Shown: positions 1-8,538, counted from the first letter of the stretch. The stretch is 13,734 nt of DNA from Candidatus Cloacimonadota bacterium (GCA_029564175.1 JAKQQL010000509.1:1-13734), one strand, 5' to 3'. Notes: generated by a model from the sequence alone, not told the origin. Numbers and translations are program-made.

Positions 1-79
1 AGCGGGTAATTCCTTCCTGGCTCGCCATGGTGTTTTCAATAAATGATTTTACATTGTCACTATATGCTATTCTATTCAT
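1..79 (-). CDS. 5' part of an unidentified CDS running off the left edge (MNRIAYSDNVKSFIENTMASQEGITR...)
   Basis: ATG at 79 opens a stop-free frame to the window edge (26 codons); same strand as all upstream genes. No clear RBS, an alternative ATG at 28, and no recognisable motif. Confidence 0.45.
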   Translation of the reverse strand, partial: MNRIAYSDNVKSFIENTMASQEGITR

Positions 80-152
80 AAAAACAAATAAATCTGATAC
101 AGATTATTTGTCCAGTAATTTTTTGGGGTAGGGTAAGTCCAAGGGAGGGGAA

Positions 153-179
153 TGCGGGTATCACTTTCAGACACCCGCA
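153..179 (-). terminator. GC-rich hairpin after the permease/peptidase stop codon; possible terminator or 3' stabiliser
   Basis: Minus strand TGCGGGTGTC-TGAAAGT-GATACCCGCA: 10-bp stem with one G:U pair, 22 nt after the stop at 202. It is followed by TTCCCCTCCCTT rather than a U-run. Confidence 0.4.
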
Positions 180-201
180 GATATTTTGAATTTATTGAAA
201 A

Positions 202-3200
202 TTACTTTATTTGAAATTTGTTATTCTTATCGTCTTTATCTAAAAGTATTCCATCTGGATCAATTACTACAGTCTCAGCTAAATAGGGGCATTCTATTAT
301 CAGTTGTTTATCATGATGGGTCAATTTATGATATCTTTCGTAAATCCTGTCGCCTTTTTTGTTTAAAAGACAGATTTTGATATAATCATTGCATGAAGTT
401 TTTGATTCTTTACCCTGACCATCTGCTCTTAATTTTGACAAATCAAAGTGGATCTGATACTGATATTGTTTATCTGTAAGTTTTTTTACGGAGGCTTGAT
501 TTATCTTGATATCGTAAAAAACAATATCATTAAACAGATCATTGATGAGATAACTAAGAGAATCAGGGCATACCTTTGCCAAAGCCTGAATCATATCTGT
601 TGAGATTGGATAAAGATTATCTTTTTGCCTAAATCTGTCTTTCCCTGCAAGTGAATACTGATCATAAAAATCTTTTAATCCCCTGATCAAAGCTTTTTCT
701 CCAATGTATTCTTTCAAGGTGTATAGTTGTATCATTCCTTTTTGATAAGCCAGATAACTTTGATTGTGATGAACTCTTGAAAGAGGAACTTCTTCTTCTT
801 TCGCTCTGCCACGAGATCTTAAGTATCTGATTCTGCTGTCTTTGACATATTGTAGCGCCTTATCTTTCCCATATTCCTTTTCAGTTGCCAGGGTACACAT
901 AAACTCAGCCATAGATTCAATGAGAAAATAAAGACCTTCAGTTTCAGCTGGCAGTAACTCATATCCCCACCAGTGATGAGCCATTTCATGTGCTGATATC
1001 GCAAAGACCTGATCTGACCCAGCTTTCTCATCAACCTGATATGTAAAACCGGAATTCTCATTCCAGACATACATTGCCGGATATGCTCTGGCTGCTGCAT
1101 AATTCATGTAAGCAGGCGTTTCGATAATTCGAAGTGTTTTATGAGGATAATTTGAAAAAACGTGATTCAAATCGATTGATTTTTTAAATCCACGTATAAT
1201 TCTGTCCAGATTACGATGATGCTTCTCGTAATAATATACTTCCAAATTGATACCATGATACTGTTCTTTTTTTACCTGATAAATGCCAGAAGTAATCACT
1301 AACTCATTTGAGACAGGGATTAAAGGTTTGTAGATAAAATAGGATCGATTACCTTCATCCCACTGTTTTAGCAGTTCTCCATTTGTCAGAGCAATTTGCC
1401 CTTTTTCGGTACTCACCTGACAATTATATCGAATGACATCAAAATTAGCAAAAGGTGATTTTCTGTCTGCTTTTTCAAGCGTTTGCAGTTCTTTATACTT
1501 TGGGAGATTATATTTCTTTCTCAGTTCTTCCTTGCTTATGAAGATTGATTTATTGATACCAATTTGAGGGATGAAGTTTTGATTTTCACTACCACCAAGG
1601 TTCATCATCGTTCCATTTTTCACAATACTGCATTCTGTATTATTATCTGTAAAACCGTGTGTTTGGTAATCTACTTCAAAATTAAGAATAAGACTGTCAC
1701 CTGGTTGAAGCGCTTTCACAAGTTTGTATATGCCAAGACTGTAGTCTTTCATTGGTTTGACAACAGAATATTGCCTGTTTAGTTCCATTTTTTTCAGTGC
1801 TGCTCTTTTTTGGTTCCATAGAGAGATAAAAACCGTATCAATCTGTTTATCTGTTTTGTTTTTTAGAATATATGAGCCAATAATCTGAGCAGATTGTTCA
1901 GAAGGGAATAAATCAACATTAAATGAAACGGCTGTAACATTAAGCTGAGGATAATTGATATAAGGCTGACATTGTTTTTCATAAGCAACCATACCTTTTT
2001 CTCCCTGGGTAACAGAATAGTAAGAATTGATTTTATAGCGATTCCATGCGATAAATGACCCATGTAATAAAAACAAGATGAGTAATGTGAAAAACACTCT
2101 TTTTTGGCCTTTACTGATTTTTGACAGTGAATATCTGAAACGCTGTTTGATGCTGTCATTTTCACTTGATTTCCAGATAAAAACAGTCAGCATAAAGATA
2201 ATACCGGTAAATAAAGCCCAGTATATCCAATACATGACTAACAATTTTGAATAGGGTTGAAATCCATTGAGATTGGAATAAGTGAAGTTAGGAAAATGTC
2301 CCCAGTTTATTAAAGGCATATCTAATCTGATAAAATCCATCAAAATAATATTCGCAATAAACAGTACAGAATTGATCAAAAAACCTAAAACTTTGTTTCT
2401 TACAGTAATCTGAATCAATACAACAATAATCGTTAATTGAAGATAATTAAGCATTTCCATCAGATAAAATCTTTTAAAATAAAGACCTGTTTCAAAATCA
2501 AAATACCGGTATGCTAATGCTTGGAAAATGATTCCAATCAAAATTGAAAGCGAAAGGTATGTTATCTGTATCCCTGCAATCGCTGATATTTTTGCGATAC
2601 AGCGCTGTGTATCTGTAACAGGTAAAGAAAAGTAGATTTCCTGTGTTTTATAATCCTTTTCTCTCCATACAATAAATCCTCCAAACAAGATAGTGACCGG
2701 TATCATATACATCCATAAATGTAAGGACTGACTAACAAGCCATGAAGTAAAAGGGTAAGACTTTGTTCCGGCGCTATCCAACGTTCCTATTACATTACTC
2801 AGCCACTGCATAATACCTAAAGCAAATATAATCATAAATGCCGGATGAAACAAAATCCTTTTCCATTCAAGCAAGATCATTGACATAGTTTTCTTGAAAT
2901 TTGAGACGATTGTAGGCTTATGATCATATCTTCTTTGTTGAAGAGATTCAGAATCAAGACTTGCTGGTACAATTATATCAGTTAATTCTGCCGGATTTAC
3001 ATCTTTTTTAAGTTTTTTTATCTTTGAAGGGATATCATGCGACATTTTAAAATGCTTAAAAGTCAAACATAAAAGTAACGCAGATAAAGAGACCCACAAA
3101 ATACGATTGAAAATCAACATCTGAGTTACAGGCATAAATCGGTTGTTCATATCTGAAACTGTCCAATACTGGCTGGCGATATTGATTGCATTTAATCCAA

Positions 3201-3834
3201 AAGGATCTATCATTATTCTTAAATCAGTATTTTTCATGTGATTGGTTCCCACAATCAGCATAAGATAGAGAATAATCAGGATAATAGAGCTCATGTAAGC
3301 ATAAATAGTTTGCCGGCTAATCGTAGAGATTGAGAATATAAAAGAACTGATGATCAACACATTGGGGATAACAATCAACAAAAAAGGATATATAAAGCTT
3401 TGCCAGTATATGGGACTCTGTAACTCCGGACTTAATGTCAAATTGCCAAGAATAAAAGCTAACGGGATAAACAGAAAAGGAAGTAGACTATTGATATAAG
3501 ACCCCAAAAAGCGTCCACCCAGATAATGGAATTTTTTGATACGCGAGGTAAAAAAGAAATCATGAATATGATACTGAAAGTCTTTTACAATCGCCCTTCC
3601 AACAATGACCATGATTAAAAATATGCCGGCAATCGTCCAGTTTGTAAACATTTTTGCGATTTTTACAGCAGCAAGATTATACTCTTTTCCATGTCTCAGA
3701 TTAAAAACAGTACTATTTGGATCTGTATTTTGAGCGTATAAAAAGACAAAGAAAAAGAGAATAAGCCCATATATATAAAAAGAAATATGTTTTACAAACG
3801 ATTTAACTTCTTTTAAAAAAATGGTCTTATACAT
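202..3834 (-). CDS. ABC-2-type transporter permease fused to a C-terminal M1-family (gluzincin) metallopeptidase domain
   Basis: N-terminal ~600 aa has two repeats of a multi-TM ABC-2 permease unit. The soluble C-terminal half has HEMAH-x18-E (HEMAH at 990-976, then LIESMAEF) and the downstream YxKG motif (LAYQKG) typical of M1 peptidases. Overlaps the upstream ABC ATPase gene by 8 bp. Confidence 0.9.
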   Translation of the reverse strand: MYKTIFLKEVKSFVKHISFYIYGLILFFFVFLYAQNTDPNSTVFNLRHGKEYNLAAVKIAKMFTNWTIAGIFLIMVIVGRAIVKDFQYHIHDFFFTSRIKKFHYLGGRFLGSYINSLLPFLFIPLAFILGNLTLSPELQSPIYWQSFIYPFLLIVIPNVLIISSFIFSISTISRQTIYAYMSSIILIILYLMLIVGTNHMKNTDLRIMIDPFGLNAINIASQYWTVSDMNNRFMPVTQMLIFNRILWVSLSALLLCLTFKHFKMSHDIPSKIKKLKKDVNPAELTDIIVPASLDSESLQQRRYDHKPTIVSNFKKTMSMILLEWKRILFHPAFMIIFALGIMQWLSNVIGTLDSAGTKSYPFTSWLVSQSLHLWMYMIPVTILFGGFIVWREKDYKTQEIYFSLPVTDTQRCIAKISAIAGIQITYLSLSILIGIIFQALAYRYFDFETGLYFKRFYLMEMLNYLQLTIIVVLIQITVRNKVLGFLINSVLFIANIILMDFIRLDMPLINWGHFPNFTYSNLNGFQPYSKLLVMYWIYWALFTGIIFMLTVFIWKSSENDSIKQRFRYSLSKISKGQKRVFFTLLILFLLHGSFIAWNRYKINSYYSVTQGEKGMVAYEKQCQPYINYPQLNVTAVSFNVDLFPSEQSAQIIGSYILKNKTDKQIDTVFISLWNQKRAALKKMELNRQYSVVKPMKDYSLGIYKLVKALQPGDSLILNFEVDYQTHGFTDNNTECSIVKNGTMMNLGGSENQNFIPQIGINKSIFISKEELRKKYNLPKYKELQTLEKADRKSPFANFDVIRYNCQVSTEKGQIALTNGELLKQWDEGNRSYFIYKPLIPVSNELVITSGIYQVKKEQYHGINLEVYYYEKHHRNLDRIIRGFKKSIDLNHVFSNYPHKTLRIIETPAYMNYAAARAYPAMYVWNENSGFTYQVDEKAGSDQVFAISAHEMAHHWWGYELLPAETEGLYFLIESMAEFMCTLATEKEYGKDKALQYVKDSRIRYLRSRGRAKEEEVPLSRVHHNQSYLAYQKGMIQLYTLKEYIGEKALIRGLKDFYDQYSLAGKDRFRQKDNLYPISTDMIQALAKVCPDSLSYLINDLFNDIVFYDIKINQASVKKLTDKQYQYQIHFDLSKLRADGQGKESKTSCNDYIKICLLNKKGDRIYERYHKLTHHDKQLIIECPYLAETVVIDPDGILLDKDDKNNKFQIK

Positions 3835-4714
3835 TCTCTTTCACCTCATTTCTTCTTAAATGATAAAAATATACATCTTCAAGACCTGGACTTACCGCTT
3901 TAAAATCATTACCAGGATTTTCTCTGGAAAAGATCCTGACGAAATGTTTTCCTGCAAATAATCTCGAAGATAAAACAAAATATTTTTGATGATAATCAGC
4001 AAGCTCCGTTTTCTTTATATCTTTTTCATATACTTGATGATATAATTCTTCAACAGCTTTGAGCGGATTTTGCTGATAAAGAATTTCTCCCTTATTGATG
4101 ATAGCCATATCAGTACATATCTGGCTAACATCTTCAACGATATGAGTAGAGATAATGACAATTGTTTCTTCGCTAACCTCACTTAAGAGATTGTGAAAAC
4201 GATTTCTTTCTTCCGGATCCAGTCCGGCTGTTGGCTCATCTACAATAATCAGCTTTGGATTACCCAGTAAGGCAAGTGCAATACCAAAGCGTTGTCTCAT
4301 TCCTCCTGAATAAGTACCAATCTTTTTCTTTGCAACGTGCCATAAATTGACTTTTTTAAGATAATATTCAATCGTTTCTTTTCGATGTGATTTGTTATCG
4401 ATTCCCTTTAACACAGCAAAGTGATCCAGCAAATCCAATGCTTTTTCATTAGGATAAAAACCAAAATCCTGTGGTAGATAGCCTAAATATGGCTTGAGAT
4501 GCATCGGGTTATCAAAGATATTCTCGCCATTAAAATAAATCATCCCCTGATCTGCTTCCTGTATTGTTGCGATTGTTTTCATTAATGTTGATTTTCCAGC
4601 ACCATTAGGACCAAGAAGTCCAAACATCCCCTGAGATACGGTTAAATTTACAGCATTCAATGCTTTGACACCATTGGAATAAGTTTTTCCAAGATCTTTA
4701 ATGATAAGTTGCAT
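3827..4714 (-). CDS. ABC transporter ATP-binding protein (ABC-2/export type)
   Basis: Walker A GPNGAGKS, Q-loop YLPQ, signature YSGGMRQR, Walker B/D-loop IIVDEPTAGLD, H-loop ISTH; RBS GGGAGG at 4725-4720. Confidence 0.96.
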   Translation of the reverse strand: MQLIIKDLGKTYSNGVKALNAVNLTVSQGMFGLLGPNGAGKSTLMKTIATIQEADQGMIYFNGENIFDNPMHLKPYLGYLPQDFGFYPNEKALDLLDHFAVLKGIDNKSHRKETIEYYLKKVNLWHVAKKKIGTYSGGMRQRFGIALALLGNPKLIIVDEPTAGLDPEERNRFHNLLSEVSEETIVIISTHIVEDVSQICTDMAIINKGEILYQQNPLKAVEELYHQVYEKDIKKTELADYHQKYFVLSSRLFAGKHFVRIFSRENPGNDFKAVSPGLEDVYFYHLRRNEVKENV

Positions 4715-4741
4715 ATCAACCTCCCTTATAAATACGTATTT

Positions 4742-4757
4742 TGCATTATCAATGCCA
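4742..4757 (-). promoter_or_regulatory. Candidate sigma54 (-24/-12) promoter of the ABC operon
   Basis: Minus strand TGGCATTGATAATGCA: GG and GC separated by exactly 10 nt as in the TGGCAC-N5-TTGCW consensus. The implied start (~4731) lies just upstream of the RBS. Confidence 0.5.
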
Positions 4758-4838
4758 TATCCTCTTATGTGTTTGAAAATTAAAAACTAACATACAGATC
4801 TCCTGTTAAACAACTTTACTTCTCAAATAATGAATATT

Positions 4839-4862
4839 AAAAAGCGGAGAGTCAATCTCCGC
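4839..4862 (-). terminator. Rho-independent terminator closing the TetR/propeller/Ntn-hydrolase unit
   Basis: Minus strand GCGGAGA-TTGAC-TCTCCGC-TTTTT: perfect 7-bp stem plus U5, 25 nt after the stop at 4888. Confidence 0.8.
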
Positions 4863-4887
4863 CAATATTTTAATCTTTAATGATATG

Positions 4888-6597
4888 TTACTTTAACAGC
4901 ATCACTTTTCTCGTGTCACTCATACGATCAGTTTGTAATCGGATAAAATACAGCCCTGAGCTCAAAGTTTCCTGCTTATCGTTAGTGCCGTTCCAATTGA
5001 TTTGATGTATACCCTGGTTTAAATCCTGCTGTACCAGACTTTTTACTTTTTGTCCTTTCAGATTAAATACTTCAAGGCTTACATATTGCTGATTTTTTAA
5101 CTCAAACGAGATCATGGTTTGCGGATTAAAAGGATTAGGATAGCAGTTTAATTTGACTGGATTAGGTTTTACCTGGCAATCCTCTGTACTCAAAGCAGCC
5201 AGTGATAGCGTATAATCCTGTGTAGTCGCATAACCATAACTTGTTTGATAATGCAAAGTTAAAGGAACAAATGTTGGAATACCTGAAGAAGGCAATTCCA
5301 GAATGAATGGATTTTCATAGTTTGACAATACACAGTTTGCCTGCAAATCACCTAATAAGCAATTAGGATTCATAACCGTAACTCCGCTTAATGGAGAACT
5401 AATGGTAAGAGATAATCCAGGTGTATCAAAATCAGCACTTATATTAAATAATAACACAATGTTTTCTCCAGGCGTTAATATACCGTCTCCATTTTCATCT
5501 ATAACTTCTGTTGAAGAAATGTTTATCTCTCCAAAATTAACAAACTCAAAGTTTTCCATATCAGCACGGACAATATTGCTAAAATCATGATCAATCGATA
5601 CATACAGATATCGATGATTTAAGTCAGAGATAGTTGACCACTCAGTTCCACTACTTCCTTCATCCCATGAAGCAAGCGATAAGATATCCATAGCCATTCG
5701 CCAGTCTTCAAGAGCGCCATCTTCCACTAAAAGTGAATTGTAAAGCGCATTATATCTCCAGCATTGATTCAATAACGTGTTAACTGGCACATTGTAGATA
5801 GGGCTGTTGGTTAAGACCTGCCAGTTATTATCCGTTGTGATTAACTGCCATTGCCCGTCTGCAAATTCCAGAATCGCTGAGCCTCCATACTGATCAGCAA
5901 CCAGTATATGGTGCGAAATGACATTTAACTGCATATCAAAAACATTATAACTATTGGCAATTGCCAATGCCTCATTGCAGTCGGCAGCTTCATCTAAAAG
6001 CTTTCTCAACAGAAAGGTAATGAAAATGGTCTGTTTTTCTGGATTAGGGGTATAAGTTACTGAAGGCACATAAGCTAAACCCGCAGCCAGACCACATTCA
6101 TTCATACCATCAGCAGCAAAAAAAGGTGATTTTAACAGCTTTTTCTTCTGAGTTTCAGTCATATTGGTATAATCTGTTGTCATTGGTAAGCCTAAATCTG
6201 ATATCCGACAGAATGCCAAAGAAGTGTATTTACCTGGAGAAGTATATCTGCCCATCAAAACATCACACTCCGGATTGTCAAAGTTTCTCCCATAATAATA
6301 TTTTAATGAATCCCCTGTCGTAGAAAACAAACTACAGTTAAAATCTGAAAAACTACTATAAGCACCTCCAATAAAGGAAGCATTCAGATTTTGAACGATT
6401 GTCTCATAATCACCTTGATAATCCATCTTAAAAAAATGTCCAACCTTTGAAAAGCTGTTTACAGTGCTTAAGGTATCAACACGACTAACGGACATTTGAA
6501 TAGAATCTTTTCCCACAATAGACTGTGCATTCAAACTTCCAGCCTGGATAGTTGCAAGTAAAACAACAAGTATCATGACTATTTTTCTCACTGTCAT
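4888..6597 (-). CDS. Secreted Cys Ntn-hydrolase (linear amide C-N hydrolase; choloylglycine hydrolase/penicillin V acylase/C45-like) with C-terminal FlgD-Ig / T9SS-type sorting domain
   Basis: Signal peptide (MTVRKIVMILVVLLATIQAGSLNA). Nucleophile Cys88 in 'NCSLF' followed by GRNFD, DGMNECGL and LTN motifs of the family. DENGDG acidic loop in the middle domain. C-terminal CYPNPFNP...WNG...SSGLYFIRL...RKVMLLK. RBS AGGGGG. Confidence 0.85.
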   Translation of the reverse strand: MTVRKIVMILVVLLATIQAGSLNAQSIVGKDSIQMSVSRVDTLSTVNSFSKVGHFFKMDYQGDYETIVQNLNASFIGGAYSSFSDFNCSLFSTTGDSLKYYYGRNFDNPECDVLMGRYTSPGKYTSLAFCRISDLGLPMTTDYTNMTETQKKKLLKSPFFAADGMNECGLAAGLAYVPSVTYTPNPEKQTIFITFLLRKLLDEAADCNEALAIANSYNVFDMQLNVISHHILVADQYGGSAILEFADGQWQLITTDNNWQVLTNSPIYNVPVNTLLNQCWRYNALYNSLLVEDGALEDWRMAMDILSLASWDEGSSGTEWSTISDLNHRYLYVSIDHDFSNIVRADMENFEFVNFGEINISSTEVIDENGDGILTPGENIVLLFNISADFDTPGLSLTISSPLSGVTVMNPNCLLGDLQANCVLSNYENPFILELPSSGIPTFVPLTLHYQTSYGYATTQDYTLSLAALSTEDCQVKPNPVKLNCYPNPFNPQTMISFELKNQQYVSLEVFNLKGQKVKSLVQQDLNQGIHQINWNGTNDKQETLSSGLYFIRLQTDRMSDTRKVMLLK

Positions 6598-6614
6598 TTT
6601 TAAATCCCCCTTTT

Positions 6615-7736
6615 TTATTTCACAATCATCATTTTTTTAGTAATCGTTTGCTGACTGTTTTGTATCTGATAGAAGTAAATCCCCGACGCTAAAGTATCTG
6701 AATGAAAAGGTACAGAATGACTGCCTGAAGAATAAAATTGATCACATAATATCTTCAGCAATTGTCCTTTACTGTTAAACACCCTGATTTTTACATCATC
6801 TGCTTTATCAAGTGAAAATACAATATTGGTATCCGGATTAAAAGGATTTGGATAATTATAAAATTCTTTTAGGTTTTCAACTGTAACATCATGTTGAGAT
6901 ATAGGCTGAAGCATTGTAAAATCCACTGAATTTGCATTTAAGTTCGGTATTGCCAGTATATTGTTGTGGATAAAGATATCTGCCGGACCATCACAGTCAG
7001 TGCTTATCACTTCCGGTGTATTGGAAAAGTCTGAATTATATTTAAAAATCCCCTGTACACCCTGCCCCATATACCAGGAAGATAAATAATAATTACCTTC
7101 TGAATCTCTGGCTATGCCATCAAGTGAATAATAAGGCGTATTTACAACAAGTGCTGTGCTGGCATCTTCCGGATTTATTGCAACCACACGTGGCTGAGAG
7201 CCATTTTCATTACGAACAACACACAAGATGACGCCATTTTCCTCATCAAAATACATCCCATTTGGCACAAAGTTAGATGCTTGATAGAATATCTCATAAG
7301 AGTAATCTTCCAGGTTCATCCGATAAATCTTTGGATCCCAGTAATCTGATATGTAGAGATACTGATTGTAAAAAACCAGATCATTCAACAAAGCCGAACC
7401 ACTCACTGTTATCAGTGTATCCACCTGCCTGGATTGTAAATCAATGATAGCAATCTGATCTGTTGCACAGCAAAAGAGCTTTTCGTTATAGATCTTTATG
7501 CCAGCAACAGACTCAAGTTCTTGATTAAAGTAAGATTGCTCACCATTGTCATCAATTGCAATAATTTCTCCACTTGCCCAGTTTGACACCAGATAAAGAT
7601 TTTCCGCTTCATAATATGCCACACTTTCAGGTTGATTTAGTAAATTATCCCTGAAACTGCCTGCGCTCAACATTGAAGTCATGCTCAACATCATGCACAT
7701 GATGACTATTAGATAATGATCTTTTCCCCTTGTCAT
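6615..7736 (-). CDS. Secreted SMP-30/gluconolactonase-like beta-propeller protein with C-terminal T9SS-type sorting domain
   Basis: Signal peptide; blade motifs PES, LND, PNG, LDG, PAD; C-terminal NYPNPFNP...LASGIYFY...KKMMIVK. RBS AGGGGG; 17 bp from the next gene. Confidence 0.8.
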   Translation of the reverse strand: MTRGKDHYLIVIMCMMLSMTSMLSAGSFRDNLLNQPESVAYYEAENLYLVSNWASGEIIAIDDNGEQSYFNQELESVAGIKIYNEKLFCCATDQIAIIDLQSRQVDTLITVSGSALLNDLVFYNQYLYISDYWDPKIYRMNLEDYSYEIFYQASNFVPNGMYFDEENGVILCVVRNENGSQPRVVAINPEDASTALVVNTPYYSLDGIARDSEGNYYLSSWYMGQGVQGIFKYNSDFSNTPEVISTDCDGPADIFIHNNILAIPNLNANSVDFTMLQPISQHDVTVENLKEFYNYPNPFNPDTNIVFSLDKADDVKIRVFNSKGQLLKILCDQFYSSGSHSVPFHSDTLASGIYFYQIQNSQQTITKKMMIVK

Positions 7737-7756
7737 TAGTCCCCCTTATAAACAAT

Positions 7757-7849
7757 TTATTTTAGCCCCTTAATTGTATCGCAAGCTACCAGCTTGTGAA
7801 TGTAACGCAAGCTACCAGCTTGTGAAAGTAAACCTTATTTTAGCCCCTT
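7757..7849 (+). repeat. Tandem pair of 26-bp REP-like palindromes bracketed by a 15-bp direct repeat
   Basis: TGTA(T/A)CGCAAGCTACCAGCTTGTGAA at 7775-7800 and 7801-7826 (1 mismatch; stem CAAGCT/AGCTTG). TTATTTTAGCCCCTT at 7757-7771 and 7835-7849. Confidence 0.85.
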
Positions 7850-8470
7850 TATAAAAATTTCCAGAAAATCCCAAAAAAACTTTTCTTCTTGATAGCAGAT
7901 TCTGTTTGGCGGTGGATTGATCAATTGGTTTGATATAGCTCTGATGCTGTAATACAAGTAACTTTTGATATAATCACTCGTATATTCCGAACGGATATCC
8001 AGATTCATTTTTGCAGTTTCGATCTCATTAAGCACATAGTGTTTAGCTTCCTGATCAATCTCATATAATTGCATATACAAGTCTTTAAGTGATTCAGATC
8101 TCTCCACGCTAAAATCAAAACCGGTCATGTCAAAATAAACCGCTAACTGCAGAAAATGAGGATTTTGCTTGAAATATGAAAAATAACTGGATCCTAAAGC
8201 CTTCAGTCGTGCGATACCAGGTTCAGCATTTTGCATTTCAATCTTTTGAAACGCCCATTTTTGAAGAGAATGTCTGATATAGATTTCAAGCAGAATATCT
8301 TCTTTGCTCATAAAATACCGATAAACTGTTCTTTTTGTATAGCTTGCTTTTTCAGCAACAAGATCCATTGTGAGCTTTGCTAATCCGATCTCTTTCAAGA
8401 GATTTTCAGCTGCCTGAACAATAAATTCTCTTTTGAAATCTTTAACCTGTTTATCTCTGTTTAATTGCAT
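7835..8470 (-). CDS. TetR/AcrR-family transcriptional regulator
   Basis: N-terminal HTH 'IVQAAENLLKEIGLAKLTMDLVAEKASYTKRTVYRYFMSKEDIL'. Start moved from 8482 to ATG 8470 because GGAG (8480-8477) sits 6 nt upstream. Confidence 0.93.
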   Translation of the reverse strand: MQLNRDKQVKDFKREFIVQAAENLLKEIGLAKLTMDLVAEKASYTKRTVYRYFMSKEDILLEIYIRHSLQKWAFQKIEMQNAEPGIARLKALGSSYFSYFKQNPHFLQLAVYFDMTGFDFSVERSESLKDLYMQLYEIDQEAKHYVLNEIETAKMNLDIRSEYTSDYIKSYLYYSIRAISNQLINPPPNRICYQEEKFFWDFLEIFIKGLK

Positions 8471-8483
8471 TTTACACTCCATG

Positions 8484-8538
8484 TGATAGCAATGTCACTA
8501 TCAGTATACTTAATACAAAATTCAGTGAAACTTGTCAA
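8484..8538 (-). promoter_or_regulatory. Candidate sigma70 promoter of tetR with a downstream inverted repeat (possible autoregulatory operator)
   Basis: TTGACA (8538-8533)-17 nt-TATTAA (8515-8510); inverted repeat TGATAG-N8-CTATCA at 8484-8503. Confidence 0.5.

Noticed and set aside
85..110. Inverted repeat CAAAT-A-AATCTG-ATA-CAGATT-ATTTG upstream of the left-edge ORF
   Set aside because: A real but AT-rich palindrome; without the downstream gene's identity no function can be supported.
186..2165. Short ORFs 186-380(+), 819-1100(-), 1564-1782(+), 1863-2165(-)
   Set aside because: They overlap the well-supported 1210-aa gene in antisense or alternate frames and show no motifs.
5402..6323. 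ORFs 5402-5590(+) and 6126-6323(+)
   Set aside because: Antisense shadows of the Ntn-hydrolase gene.
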